Notes under the pieces: generated by a model
The model's database searches: none
What the model saw: the letters and a program-made list of their open reading frames with translations, nothing else
Told to the model about the DNA's origin: nothing
Translations under genes and position numbers: made by a program
Shown: piece by piece, positions 1 to 11,300 of the stretch
Layout of the letters: each line of letters starts with the position of its first letter
Position numbering within the stretch: the stretch's first letter is position 1
NCBI GenBank assembly: GCA_043228905.1
Contig: JBHGNT010000001.1
Location: 17,732,001-17,796,000 of the forward strand
Direction of reading: 5' to 3'
Source: Azolla caroliniana
Lineage: Eukaryota; Plantae; Polypodiophyta
DNA: 64,000 nt

Positions 1-1986
1 GCATCTTGGTCACATACACCAGTACCTGCTTGGTCATGGCTATTGGAGTTATGTAGAAGGAGATAATGATATAGCACCCGAATCGACACACAAGGATTTT
101 TCGTCTTAGGAATAGGCGGCCAGTAGAGTTCTCTACTGCTTTGCGTCCTATGTGAGTGACCAGTTATTGACCCATATTCGGGATGCCAAGACGCAAAAGG
201 ATGCATGGGCGAATCTCAAGAAGATTTTCGCCACTTGCACCATAGCCACGAAGCTTCAACTCAGGCAGGAGTTGAGCAATTTTCGACAACGAGATATGTC
301 GAGGAAGATGAGATGGTGCAAGTTTATCTTGGTGGGTTAGCGTCAAAGTTCAGAGCGTTCCAAACGGCGGCATGTACGAGAGAGAATACGCCCACGTTGT
401 TTGAGCTTCAGTCAATGTTGCTCGTGGAGGAAAATTATGTGGGTGCATCGACAAGTACGCATGCCGACAGTAATATGTTGTACACGGAGGGAGATAGGCC
501 CCGTGGTCGTGGCAGACAAGGCGGATCGGTGTGTAATGGAGGCGGCCAAAAAGAGCAGAATGGACGACATAATCAAAATGTCGGGAACAATTCTGAACCC
601 TCTGGAAGCAGGGGGAGTCATGGCACCGGAAGTTGGCAAGAGAAGGCCGCGACAGAATGCTAGTATTGTGGCAAGAAAGGCCACAAGAAGAGCAAGTGCT
701 GGAAAAAGAAAGCCGATTGGAACAAAGCCGGATCGAGCGGAAGAGATGTAGGAAGGCATCAAAAGTCGCACTACGCTGACGAATCCGAACAAGCCTGAAA
801 TGGATCAGGCCTTGCCCTTGTAATGAAGCACAAGGAAAATTCAATGGCCTTGAACACCTCGAAATTGAGTGAGGTGTGGTATGTTGATTCCGGAGCGTCA
901 AATCATATGATGAGTCATGAGGAATGGTTGTCGTACTTGGAGAAGCCGGAAAGCAAAGAGTGGTCGAAACCGGAGACAACACTCCACATACCATCGAACA
1001 TGTCGGTGAAGTTCCCCTCAATGAAAGGGAAAGTCTTGAACGTGCTACAAGTCCTGACAATAACCAAGAACCTTGTGTCAATCGGACAGATTGTCGACAA
1101 GTTATGCAAGTTCGATTCACGCATCTTGGCCGCTTCATAGAAGAGGAGGGCAAAGTAATCGCGCAAGGGCGCCATGAAGAGAGGATGTTTATCCTCAAAA
1201 CCAACAATGTGGGCACCGCTATATTTGCGAAAGGACAGAAGGTCGAGTTAGACATCAACCTGTGGCATAAGCGGTTCAGCCATATTAACTTCCCGTGGCT
1301 TCGTGACATGCAAATGAAGAACATTGTGTTCAGCTTACCAAAATTTAGAGGCTGGAATGGCCAAGTCTGCGAAGCCTGCCAGATGGGAAAACAACACTGA
1401 CTTCCATTCCCCAATGAGCATAATCATAGTTGAAATCCGTTGAATTTGATCCATTCGGATGTGTGGGGTTCGACAATGAACGTGAGTCTCGGTGGAAGTT
1501 GTTACTTTGTAACCTTCATCAACGACTTCACTAGGCACACGTAAGGGAAACAAGACGTAAGATCAAATGCCTACGGTCCGATGGTAGGAAGGAGTACTTC
1601 TCCGACCAGTTCACAAGTTATCTACAGAAGGAGGGAATTCAATCGAATTCATGTGTAGATACACGCCGCAACAGAACGGCATGGCTGAGCGGAAGAATCG
1701 GACAATCGAAGAATTGGCCAGGGCAATGCTTGTAGAGAAGCATATGCCGAAATTCTATTGGGTTAAAGCCGTGAAGATGGCTATGTACCTACAGAATCGG
1801 ACTTCTGCTAATGGAGGAGTGCCACCACATGAATTGTATTTTGGGAAGAAGCCAAACTTGCCACACTTGAGGACTTTCGGTAGCATTGCATATGTGCATG
1901 TGCCGAAGGAAAAGAGGAGGAATCTGGACGCGAAAGCCGAAAAGTGCATCTTAGTCGCCTATCTAGACGAGCAGAAGGGGTATAAG
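1..1986 (+). mobile_element. Degenerate Ty1/copia internal region (copia family 2, Bryco/RLC5-like): gag, zinc knuckle, protease, GAG-pre-integrase and integrase; resumes at 6770-6799 after the inserted element
   Basis: Frameshifted ORFs carry DAWANLKKIF..KLQLRQEL (gag), C*YCGKKGHKKSKC, WYVDSGASNHM (PR), LWHKRFSH..CEAC, YTPQQNGMAERKNRT and KRRNLDAKAEKC..KGYK. The reading continues as CHHPRTKEVR directly after the ATAAG TSD at 6765-6769. Confidence 0.9.
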
Positions 1987-2480
1987 TGATGAGAAATACA
2001 CGGAATGTCGCTTGCCCACAACCGAACCTTGAATCACTGAAATCGGAAAGAAGAAGAGTGCACAAGAAAATGACACAGGATGTTTAACGTGGAAAACCCT
2101 AATAGGGAAAAACCACGGGTGCCCACAGTCTCTGAATTATCACTGTGAAGAGAAGAAATACAATCAGAGACTCGGAGGCAATGACCACAAGCTCTGTTTC
2201 TTCGCATAGTGGCGGTTACAACAGAGAATCACTTTGTATTTCTCTCTCTCTCCCCCTCTCACTCTGTACAACAATTACAACAATATGACAACAACACAAC
2301 AACCCTATAAAGTGATTTCCCTAAGTCATATTTATAGTTATATGAACTTAGGGCTATTTACAAACATAGCCTCAATGGGTTTATTCAAGACATATTTACA
2401 AATTTGTCTTCTCTTCCGGTTCTCACTGGGTCCTCTTCATTCATCACCGGATCCCATCCGGAGAGACCGATTTCCCAACA
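1987..2480 (-). repeat. 3' LTR of copy B (494 bp)
   Basis: TG...CA ends; direct repeat of 6187-6764 but lacking two 42-bp U3 repeat units. Confidence 0.93.
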
Positions 2481-5400
2481 ATCTCCCCCTTCACTCCGGT
2501 ATGGAATGTCTTGTAAGTGCAATCCGCTTCTGGTATGCGTCCAGCTTGTCATGTTTCAGCACCTTGGTCAGCATATCCGACCCGTTCTTCTCCGTGTGGA
2601 TCTTCGTCAGCACTAACTCTCGATCTTCAACTTGCTCCTGGATCCAGTGGTACCTGCGCTAGATGTGCTTCATTCTGGAATAGTAGGTCGCGTTCTTTGC
2701 AAGGTGGATGGCGCTTTGACTATCGTAGTAGTGCTGGTATTCCTCATGTTGGATCCCTAGCTCTCTGATGATGTCCATCTAGATTATCTCCTTGCCAGCT
2801 TCTACAACTGCCATGTACTCTGCCTCCGTGGTTGACAACGCAACCGTCTTCTATAGCCTCGACTGCCATGATACAAATCCCCCTGCATAAGTCATTACAT
2901 ATCTGGATGTAGACCGGCTGATATCCAGATCAACCGACATATCCGAATCCGTCAATCCGTCAAGTTGGGGATTACCGGAGCCGAACCGGAGGCACATACT
3001 CGAAGTGCCTTTTAGATACAGGAGTATCCACTTAACTGCGTTCCAATGCTCTCTACCGGGATTGCTCATGAACCGGCTCACCACTCCAACTGCATATCCA
3101 ATATCCGGTCAGGTACACACCATTGCGTACATCAAGCTCCCGATGGCCGAGGCATATGGTATCTTCATCATATCTGCCTTCTCTGCCTTTGTCCTTGGGC
3201 TTTGCTTTCCGGATAATCTGCAGTTTTCCGGGAGTGTCGATTCGACCGGTTTGGCTTCTGACATGTTAAACCGATGAAGCACCTTTGTCACGTACTTTTC
3301 TTGTGACAACCACAATTGCTTCTTCGACCGGTCCCGGATGATGTGCATCGTTAGTATCTGTCTTGCCGGACCCAAGTCTTTCATTGAGAAGGTCCAGTTA
3401 GGGGCCTTCTTCTGCATCCGTATCTTGACTTGGTCTCGTCCGACGATCAACATGTCGTCCACATACATGTGCAATATCAAAAAATCTCTTCCATAAAATT
3501 TCCTCAGAAACACAATGATCAACTTGCGTCTTGTGGTACCCTTGATCGGTCATGAAGGAGTCAAACTTCCGGTACGATTGTAGGGGAGCCTCCTTCAGTC
3601 CGTATAAGCTCTTCTTCAGCCGGCACACCAGGTGCTCCTTCCCTTTCTTCTCAAATCCTTCCGGTTGATGCATGTATATCTCATCGAAGTCCACTCCTTT
3701 CTTCTACTTGAACCCCTTCACCACGATTCGGGCCTTATACCTTGGTGGATTTCCGGCGTCTCCCGGTTTCAGCTTGTACAACCACTTATTCCGGAGTGCC
3801 CTCTTTCCTTTCGGCAACTCCACCAATTTGTATGTGTGGTTCTCATGCAGGGAATCCATCTCATCCTGCATGGCACTCAACCACTTCCGGCAGTGGGTGT
3901 CTCCCCTTGCTTCTTCAAAGATTTCCGGCTCCCCCTCATCGGTTAGCAACACATGCTCTGCATCCGGAAATCTTCGGGGGGCTCTTCTCTCCCAGAGAGG
4001 ATATCTCCTTCCTTGGTTTCTAACTGCCAGTTCCTCCGTTTGTTCCGAATCCGTATCCGATTTGGGATCTTGTCCGGTACCGTTGTCTTCTTCTTCTTCT
4101 TCTTCTTCTTCTTTGGTCAGTTCAATTTCTTGTCCATATCCGGCCGGTTCGTCGAGTGTCATCCGTTTACCGGCTAACATCTGATTTTCAACCGGGTATA
4201 TCCTTTTGTCCTCAAGCCGGTTTTCAATGGATGATCCGGAGTTCGTTTCCTTCTTCTCTGACTCCCAGTCAGCAATGGTCCTATCTTCCATTAAGACTAT
4301 GTTCCAACTCCGAAACAACTTTCTCTCAACCAGATCCCACACCCGGTAACCAAACTCATCATCATTGTATCCAAGGAATATGCATGGTCGGGACTTCGGA
4401 TCCAGCTTTGCTCTCTGGTCCTTCGCCACATGCACGTATGCGAGACACCCGAACACCTTTAGATGCCGGTAAGACACATCCTTACCGGTCCATACTTTCT
4501 GCAGTGAGTCTCCGTCCAAAGGTACTGAGGGTGATCTATTTATCATATAGGTCGTTGTCGTCAGAGCCTCAACCCAAAATTTCTTGGGTAACTTGGCATG
4601 TGCGAGCATGCTCCAGACTCTCTCCATTATGCTCCAGTTCATCCTTTCGGCCAGCCCGTTTATTTCCGGCGTCTTCGACACGGTGAATTCGAGCCGGAAT
4701 CCCTTCGACCGACAGTACTCCTCCAACTACCCCCGATATTCACCTCCATTATCTGCTCGAACCACTTTCAGCTTCTGGCCGGTGTCTCTTTCGACTCTCA
4801 CATGGAGCTCCTTGAAGACGGATAACACTTGATCCTTCGTCTTCAACGGTGAGACCCACAGCTTCCGGCTGTGGTCATCTATGAACGTCACGAAGTGCTA
4901 CGATCCAGCATCTGACTTTGTGTCGATTTGACATACATCGGTATGCACCACCTCCAGTGGTACATTCCATCTCATCGGTGGTCTTGACCAGAAGGAGGTG
5001 CGGTTTTGCTTGTCGGCTAAGCAATCGGTACACTTCTTAAGATGCACGTCCTTCACCGGGATGAGGTTTTCTACAACAAGCCTTTTCATCCCCTTCTCAC
5101 TTATGTGGCACAGTCTTTTGTGCCACAACTCATCGGTAGTGTCGAATGCTACGTTCACTTCTCCCCGGCATATCCGGGCATTCATCAAGTACAGTGTGTT
5201 GACCTTCCTGGCTCGAGCCACTATTAAGCTCCATTTGCAGAGCTTCATGACTGTGTAACCTTCATCATCTAGCCGACCGACTGATATCAGGTTCAGTCGA
5301 ACCTCCAGAACGTGTCGAACATCCTTTAACAACATCTTGCATCTAGTTGATGTCGTCAACAACACATCTCCTATGCCGATAATTCGGCATGTCCCTTCGT

Positions 5401-6186
5401 TCCCCATCCGGACACAACCGTGCTCACCGACTATGTAGGATGAGAAGCATTTCCGGTCCGGGGTAAGGTGGAATGACGCTCCGGAATCGACAACCCACGT
5501 TATCTCGTCGACGGCGAGGTTCAACTCACTCTCCTTGGTGATAAGCATTAGTTCTTCTTCACTTGCCGCGATCGTCGTCGTTCCCTTGTCTTTCCGACAT
5601 GCCTCCTCATCTAGCAAGCTCGACTTGACCCTTGCTAGGGATAATTGTTTTCCTTTTGGCCCGGCGTTGCCCAACGTGACAACTAACGTCTCCCAGCTAT
5701 CCGGGAGGGAACCGAGCAGAAGTAGAGCAAGTACCTCATTGGTGAGAGGTACTTCTAATGAGTTTTCTTGGTGTATCAGCCCCTGGAAGGCATTCATGTG
5801 CTCCGCCATACTGGAGCCATCTTGGTACCTGAGCCTCACTAGCTTCCGAAATACCGAAACCTGATTAACGACATTCTTGTTCTGGAACAAGATATCAATC
5901 TTCTCCCATAGTTCATGAGCCTTGCTCTCTTCATTGAAATTGTTGTACAAGCTCATCTCGATGAAACACCAGAGGTATGCCGTCATCTTCATGTGCATCA
6001 CCTCCCACACCGTGGCGTCGAACTTATCCGGTCTCTTGTCCCCAAACTGAACTGGCAACCAAAGATCTTTAACCACAAGCATGTCCCTCATCTTTCACTT
6101 CCACACTAAGTAGTTGGAGCCGGTGAGCTTGAACATGCCCCCGAAAGATTCTTCCATTTTCTGTGTTGTTCGCTCTGATACTAGTT

Positions 6187-6764
6187 TGTTGAGAAATACG
6201 CGGAATGTCGCTTGGCCACAACCGAACCTTGAATCACTGAAATCGGAAAGAAGAAGAGTGCACAAGAAAATGACACAGGATGTTTAACGTGGAAAACCCT
6301 AATAGGGAAAAAACACGGGAGCCCACAAACTCTGAACTATCACTATGAAGAGAAGGAATACAATGAGAGACTCGGAGGCAATGACCACAAGCTCTGTTTC
6401 TTCGCATAGTGGCGGTTACAATAGAGAATCACTCTGTATCTCTCTCTCTCCCCCCCTCTCACTCTGTACAACAATTACAACAATATGACAACAACACAAC
6501 AACCCTATAAAGTGATTGCCCTAAGTCATATTTATAGTTATATGAACTTAGGGCTATTTACAAAAATAGCCTCAATGGGTTTATTCAAGACATATTTACA
6601 AATTTGTCTTCTCTTCCGGTTCTCACCGGGTCCACTGATCCAGTTTCCGGATCTCTTCCAGTTCTCACTGGGTCCACCGATCCGGTTTCCTGATCTCTTC
6701 TGGTTCTCACCGGGTCCTCTTCATTCATCATCGGATCCCATCCGGGGAGACCGATTTCCCAACA
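6187..6764 (-). repeat. 5' LTR of copy B (578 bp)
   Basis: TG...CA ends; adjacent to the PBS; contains a 42-bp CCGG-rich tandem array at ~6614-6716. Confidence 0.93.
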
Positions 6765-6799
6765 ATAAGTGTCATCACCCCCGAACAAAGGAAGTGCGT

Positions 6800-7529
6800 T
6801 GTCGAGGAAATCCTCGCAAATGCGTAGAAGTCGGGTAGGACCACGGGGGTCTCGAACCAAGGAATCGAGAAAATGAGGAGGGAGGAGTTTGAGGATCGCG
6901 TAGGTCTCGAGACCACGGGATAACAGGTAAGGTTAGTAAACAAGAGAGGGTAAGAGAGTCGTGCGTAAACGCAGACACAGGCAAGACACTGAGAACAACG
7001 TCTATTAGAAGTACAATAAGAAGTACAATAAGAAGTATCAAAGATGAAAGAAGATGAACAATAGAAGTATAATTATAAGAAGAATTTTATATTGATGATG
7101 ATGATGACAATGGTGATTATCACCTATTGAACCCCCCCTTACACAAGCCTTACTAGAGGCTTTTATAGGTCTCTCCATGCTTGTGACATGCACAAAAGCA
7201 TGGGCTAAAACCATGGTTTTGTGCACACATGGGCTTAAAACCATGGTTTTGTGTACATTGTTTTGACTGTTTGCTACGAATAAAATAATGATTATGAAAA
7301 GAAAATATATAAAATGTAAAGTATGTAGTAGTAGCTTTAGTGGTATGATAATTGCTTCTTATCTTAGATGTGCAAGGTTCAAATCCTACTGTCAACCCTC
7401 AATATGCACTCAGTGCCATCATGTCTTAGGTTTATTTATTATTATTTTCATTTTTACAAGTATTTGTGTAATGTGCATGTATCCTCAATTTTTCACTTTT
7501 TCTTGCACTAAACATGCCACATCACGACA
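6800..7529 (-). repeat. Gypsy-type LTR with non-matching flanks (recombinant solo LTR)
   Basis: TGTCG...CGACA termini; shares GGACCACGGGGG with the LTR at 28811-29526; flanks TGCGT / ACGCG belong to two different host elements. Confidence 0.7.
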
Positions 7530-8365
7530 ACGCGATTCCGGAACAAAAGTCGATTTGACATAAAGCATCGACTACAACCACGGAAGATTGAAGAAGGAGA
7601 TTGGGTGATTGTCTATGATAGTAGTTTGGATCATCAACATACAACGATACGGAAGTTTGCTAAAAGGTGGTTCAGGCCATATGAGGTTTGGAAAGTTTTC
7701 GACAACAGAACTTACCGACTATGTGAGTTGGATGGAATAGTACTACGGGTGCCTATAGCGGGGAAACGGGTGAAGATTTTCAAGAAGCAATAGACGATGA
7801 ACCTTATGTAAGGTTAGACAAGACCGACAACGAGGAGCAATCGGACAAAGATTGTAGTGATGTGGAAAGCGAAGAAAGTGGACTACAATTGATAATCGAC
7901 ATAAGGGGAGAATCGGAGAGTGCTACAGATGAAGGCGAATAACAAGCATCGGGAACATCGGCGCATACCGGAAGATGTGCGGGTTCGGAGGGGGCGAGTG
8001 TCATAGTGTAATTCACACAGTACGTGAAATATGTAAATAAATAAATAAATATATATATCCGATTTAAGTGCGCATAAATAAATAAAAGAAAATATTTAAA
8101 AAATTGTTACATGCATAGGGCAGAATTTGAACATTGTACCTCCATGTAAACAAACCCAATCTTTACCATTGTACTAACTTATCATAAGTGATATAAACAT
8201 AGATTTAATAGGTATAAGACTTATATTTACGCTTATTTGGAAGAAAAACGCAAGCCAATTACTCGTGCACATCTAGTGTGCATGAGCACTATATTTAGGA
8301 AATAAAAAAGCATGGTTGAAAAAGAAAACTCATGCACATCTAGTGTGCATGAACACTTTAGGGGA
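7530..8365 (+). mobile_element. 3' end of a fungal-type Ty3/gypsy: integrase C-terminus, PPT and truncated LTR from 7999
   Basis: IEEGDWVIVYDSSLD..RKFAKRWFRPY..GKRVKIFKK (GPY/F-like module); GGAGGGGGCGAG followed by TGTCAT at 7999. Confidence 0.8.
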
Positions 8366-11300
8366 GCACCTTCTCGCAATTTTTCATATGATCCATGAAG
8401 ACTTTTCTACATCCATCGTTATCTTTCGATTCATCCTTCTCCTCATTCGAACATCCTTTTATCGGAATGTCATCGAAGAATGGCATCGTGATGCCTAGGA
8501 TGCAATCCTTCAAGACCTTGTTCATGTCATTCACCATATGAACCACCGAGTTTGTTGCACCTTAAGGTAAGGTACACATCCGCACAAGCTCGATTGGAGT
8601 CCTCATGGTTGTAATGTCACGACTGTGGACCGCCAACTGGAATTGATCGTATCCAAAGTAGAGATCGCGAATGGAGTAGATGGACCGGCCAGTAAACGCC
8701 TCAGCAAATTCATCCACACCCGGACCGATTCCAGCATTCTGAATTGTCACCTTGTTGACGGGTTGAAGATCTTCGATGAATCACAATAATCCATTCTAAT
8801 TCGGCACCGTGAACCACCTATTAGAATAAGGAGCGTTCCAGGGTTCTAGAATCCCCATATTCACCTTCTCATTTAAGAGCTCGATCAGCTTCGGTAGGTG
8901 TGCTCTCGGAACCAGTAACGGTTTCAAATTCCAAGGCACATGCGGCATCGTGAAGATCACCATTGGTTCTATCGTCCTTGGATTAGCACATCCGATTTCC
9001 TGTGGAAAAAATGCGATAGCCTTCCCATGTCTTTCAAGCATTCAGCGGAACATTTGCTCCTCTTTAGGGAGGAGGAAATCCTCCCTTCCAACTCGTACCT
9101 TCCCTTTCGTCTCTTCAATGAAGACGTGACCTATTTGTTGAGCGAGCATGCTCAACCGTATCCGGATCGGTTGAACAAGCCAGAGCCGGATCGATGTCCA
9201 GATGGTATCCGGAACCAGGAGCCAGATCGGAGAGACGGATTCAAATGTGAACCGGTAGGCTAGTAGTAGCCTATAATCCTAGAATACTAGGTAGTCAGAG
9301 TCCTCGTAGTTAGTGTCAGCCACTCATATGAGCATTGAAGTGCATAACACTTCTGGTAGTCCCTTTGAGGACTTGTATAAATAGTGTTGTTTACCACTTG
9401 TATGTACAGAGTGATACAGAGTGTTATTTTTTTAATAGAGTTTATGTTTTGCTCTCTCTATTTGTCTCTTCCGTGTATGCTAAATACTCTAAAGCTTCCA
9501 TTGAACTTGTGTTTTCTATTCTCTGCTGCGACTTGACTAAACCGGTTTTATCAAGCTTCTGCACTCTAACTTTTACATGGTATCAGAGCACGAGGGTTGG
9601 AATGCGAAGATCACGCACCAGTTGCGTAAGATGGGATTTGTGGCGTCAACTGTTGATGATTTAGTCATCATCGGACCTGAACTCGATGAAATCGGCAGAG
9701 TGAAGTCCCAGTTGTCGGATGCATTTGAAATGAAGGACCTGGGGGACCATCATTATTTTCTTGGGATCGAAGTGATCCGTACCCGCGATGGCATATTTCT
9801 CTCACAAAGACACTATGTGTTGAATATGTTGTACAAGTTCGGCATGACGGAATGCTGACCAATCTCCACACCCCTGGATGGCAACCTAAAGCTACGTCCC
9901 GACTCCAGCCCTAGACCGGAACCCCTGCGATGAGAAACGGTTCTAACAAATTGTTGGAAGCCTGATATACTTTACGATCACCTGACCTGACATCAGTTAT
10001 CCAGTCGGGCTGATAAACCAGTTTATCCAGAAGCCGACCGTGGAGCACCTTTACTTCGTGCATCGACTATTGCGATATGTGAGCGGCACGAAGGACCGGG
10101 GATTGTTATACCGACACGGTATAGCTGGGAAGCTAGTCGGATATGCCGATGCCGACTGGGCTGGTGATGCATCGGATCGCCGATCCACCGCTGGTTACAT
10201 GTTTTCTCTTGGTAGCGCGGTTGTTCCATGGAGCAGCAAAAAGCAGCGAACAATGGCTCTGTTGAGCACTGAGGCTGAGTACCGGGCCGCTAGCATTGCC
10301 ACCTATGAAGCCATCTGGCTTCGGCGACTGCTGCAAGACCTCCGGATCGAGGTACCGACCCCGATCCTGATTTATTGTGATAACGAAGCAACATACAACT
10401 CACCAAGAACCCTGTATTCCATGGTCGGACAAAGCACATAGAAGTGCATTATCACTTTGTTCGTCAACGGGTCCTCAACAGTGAAGTTGAACTTCAGTAT
10501 GTTCACACAGATCCGCAGGTTGCCAAAATCTTCACCAAGCCGCTCGGATTAGACATGTTGCAGCACTTTTCGGAGATGCTCAACATTCAACATCTCGATG
10601 TGCCGCACTTGAGGGGGAGAACAGGAACGGGAACGGATGGCACCAGACAAGGAGCTAGTGAGGAAGAAAGAACCAAGGGGGGAGATGAGCAGATAAAGGA
10701 AGCCGAGCCATGGAAGAAGGCAAAGACCTGGATGTGGTCCGATGTGGTGAAGGGTCTAAAAACCGAAGACGAGTTGGAGACTACCAACTCTTACAAGAGT
10801 TGGAACAAATCGGAGGAAGCCGATTCGGTTCAACAGTTGGATTCGGAAAAGCCGGATCAACTAAAGCCCAAGCAGATGAGAACGTAGCAGAAGTCAACAT
10901 GGACCAAGAGGAACCGATGGGTTGACAAGCGCCGGAGTCATAGCAGCGAAGGAGCTGAGATGGGCCTATTGAGTAGACAAGCGAACAAAGGAGGTCGAGG
11001 TGCACAGATTCAACCGGACGGGTCATGGGAAGCAGAAGCAGACTGGACAAGGAGCACGAGCAAGGCGGGAGGACATTAGAAGGAGCTGGAGGAAAGGATC
11101 GGCTACTGCAGACACTGACACCACGATCCAACCTCAAGTTGAGCTTGAGGGGGAGTGTTGAGCAAGCAAGGTCAACCGTATCCGGATCGTCTAAAGAAGC
11201 CAGAGCCAGATCGGTATCCGGATGGTATCCGGAACCAAGAGCTGGATCAGAGAGACGGATCGGAGAGCCGGATTCAAATGTGAACCAGTAGGCTAGTAGT

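Larger units (their letters stand above)
1987..6764 (-). mobile_element. Two-LTR degenerate Tork/Tnt1-like copia element (copy B, Gag type I)
   Basis: LTRs 1987-2480 and 6187-6764; TSD ATAAG (1982-1986 / 6765-6769); mutated tRNA-iMet PBS at 6172-6183; PPT at ~2481-2493; broken gag-pol 6157->2491 with WVVDSGAS, YVDD and several internal deletions. Confidence 0.95.

Noticed and set aside
350-1414. 354-aa minus-strand ORF
   Set aside because: It is antisense to a recognisable copia gag-PR-INT region and has no motifs of its own.
7290-7395. tRNA-like words (GGTTCAAATCC) in the gypsy LTR, with similar words near 8120-8180 and 18745-18800
   Set aside because: I could not fold a complete cloverleaf. 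At most this is a decayed tRNA- or SINE-derived patch, and tRNAscan-SE or Infernal would be needed.
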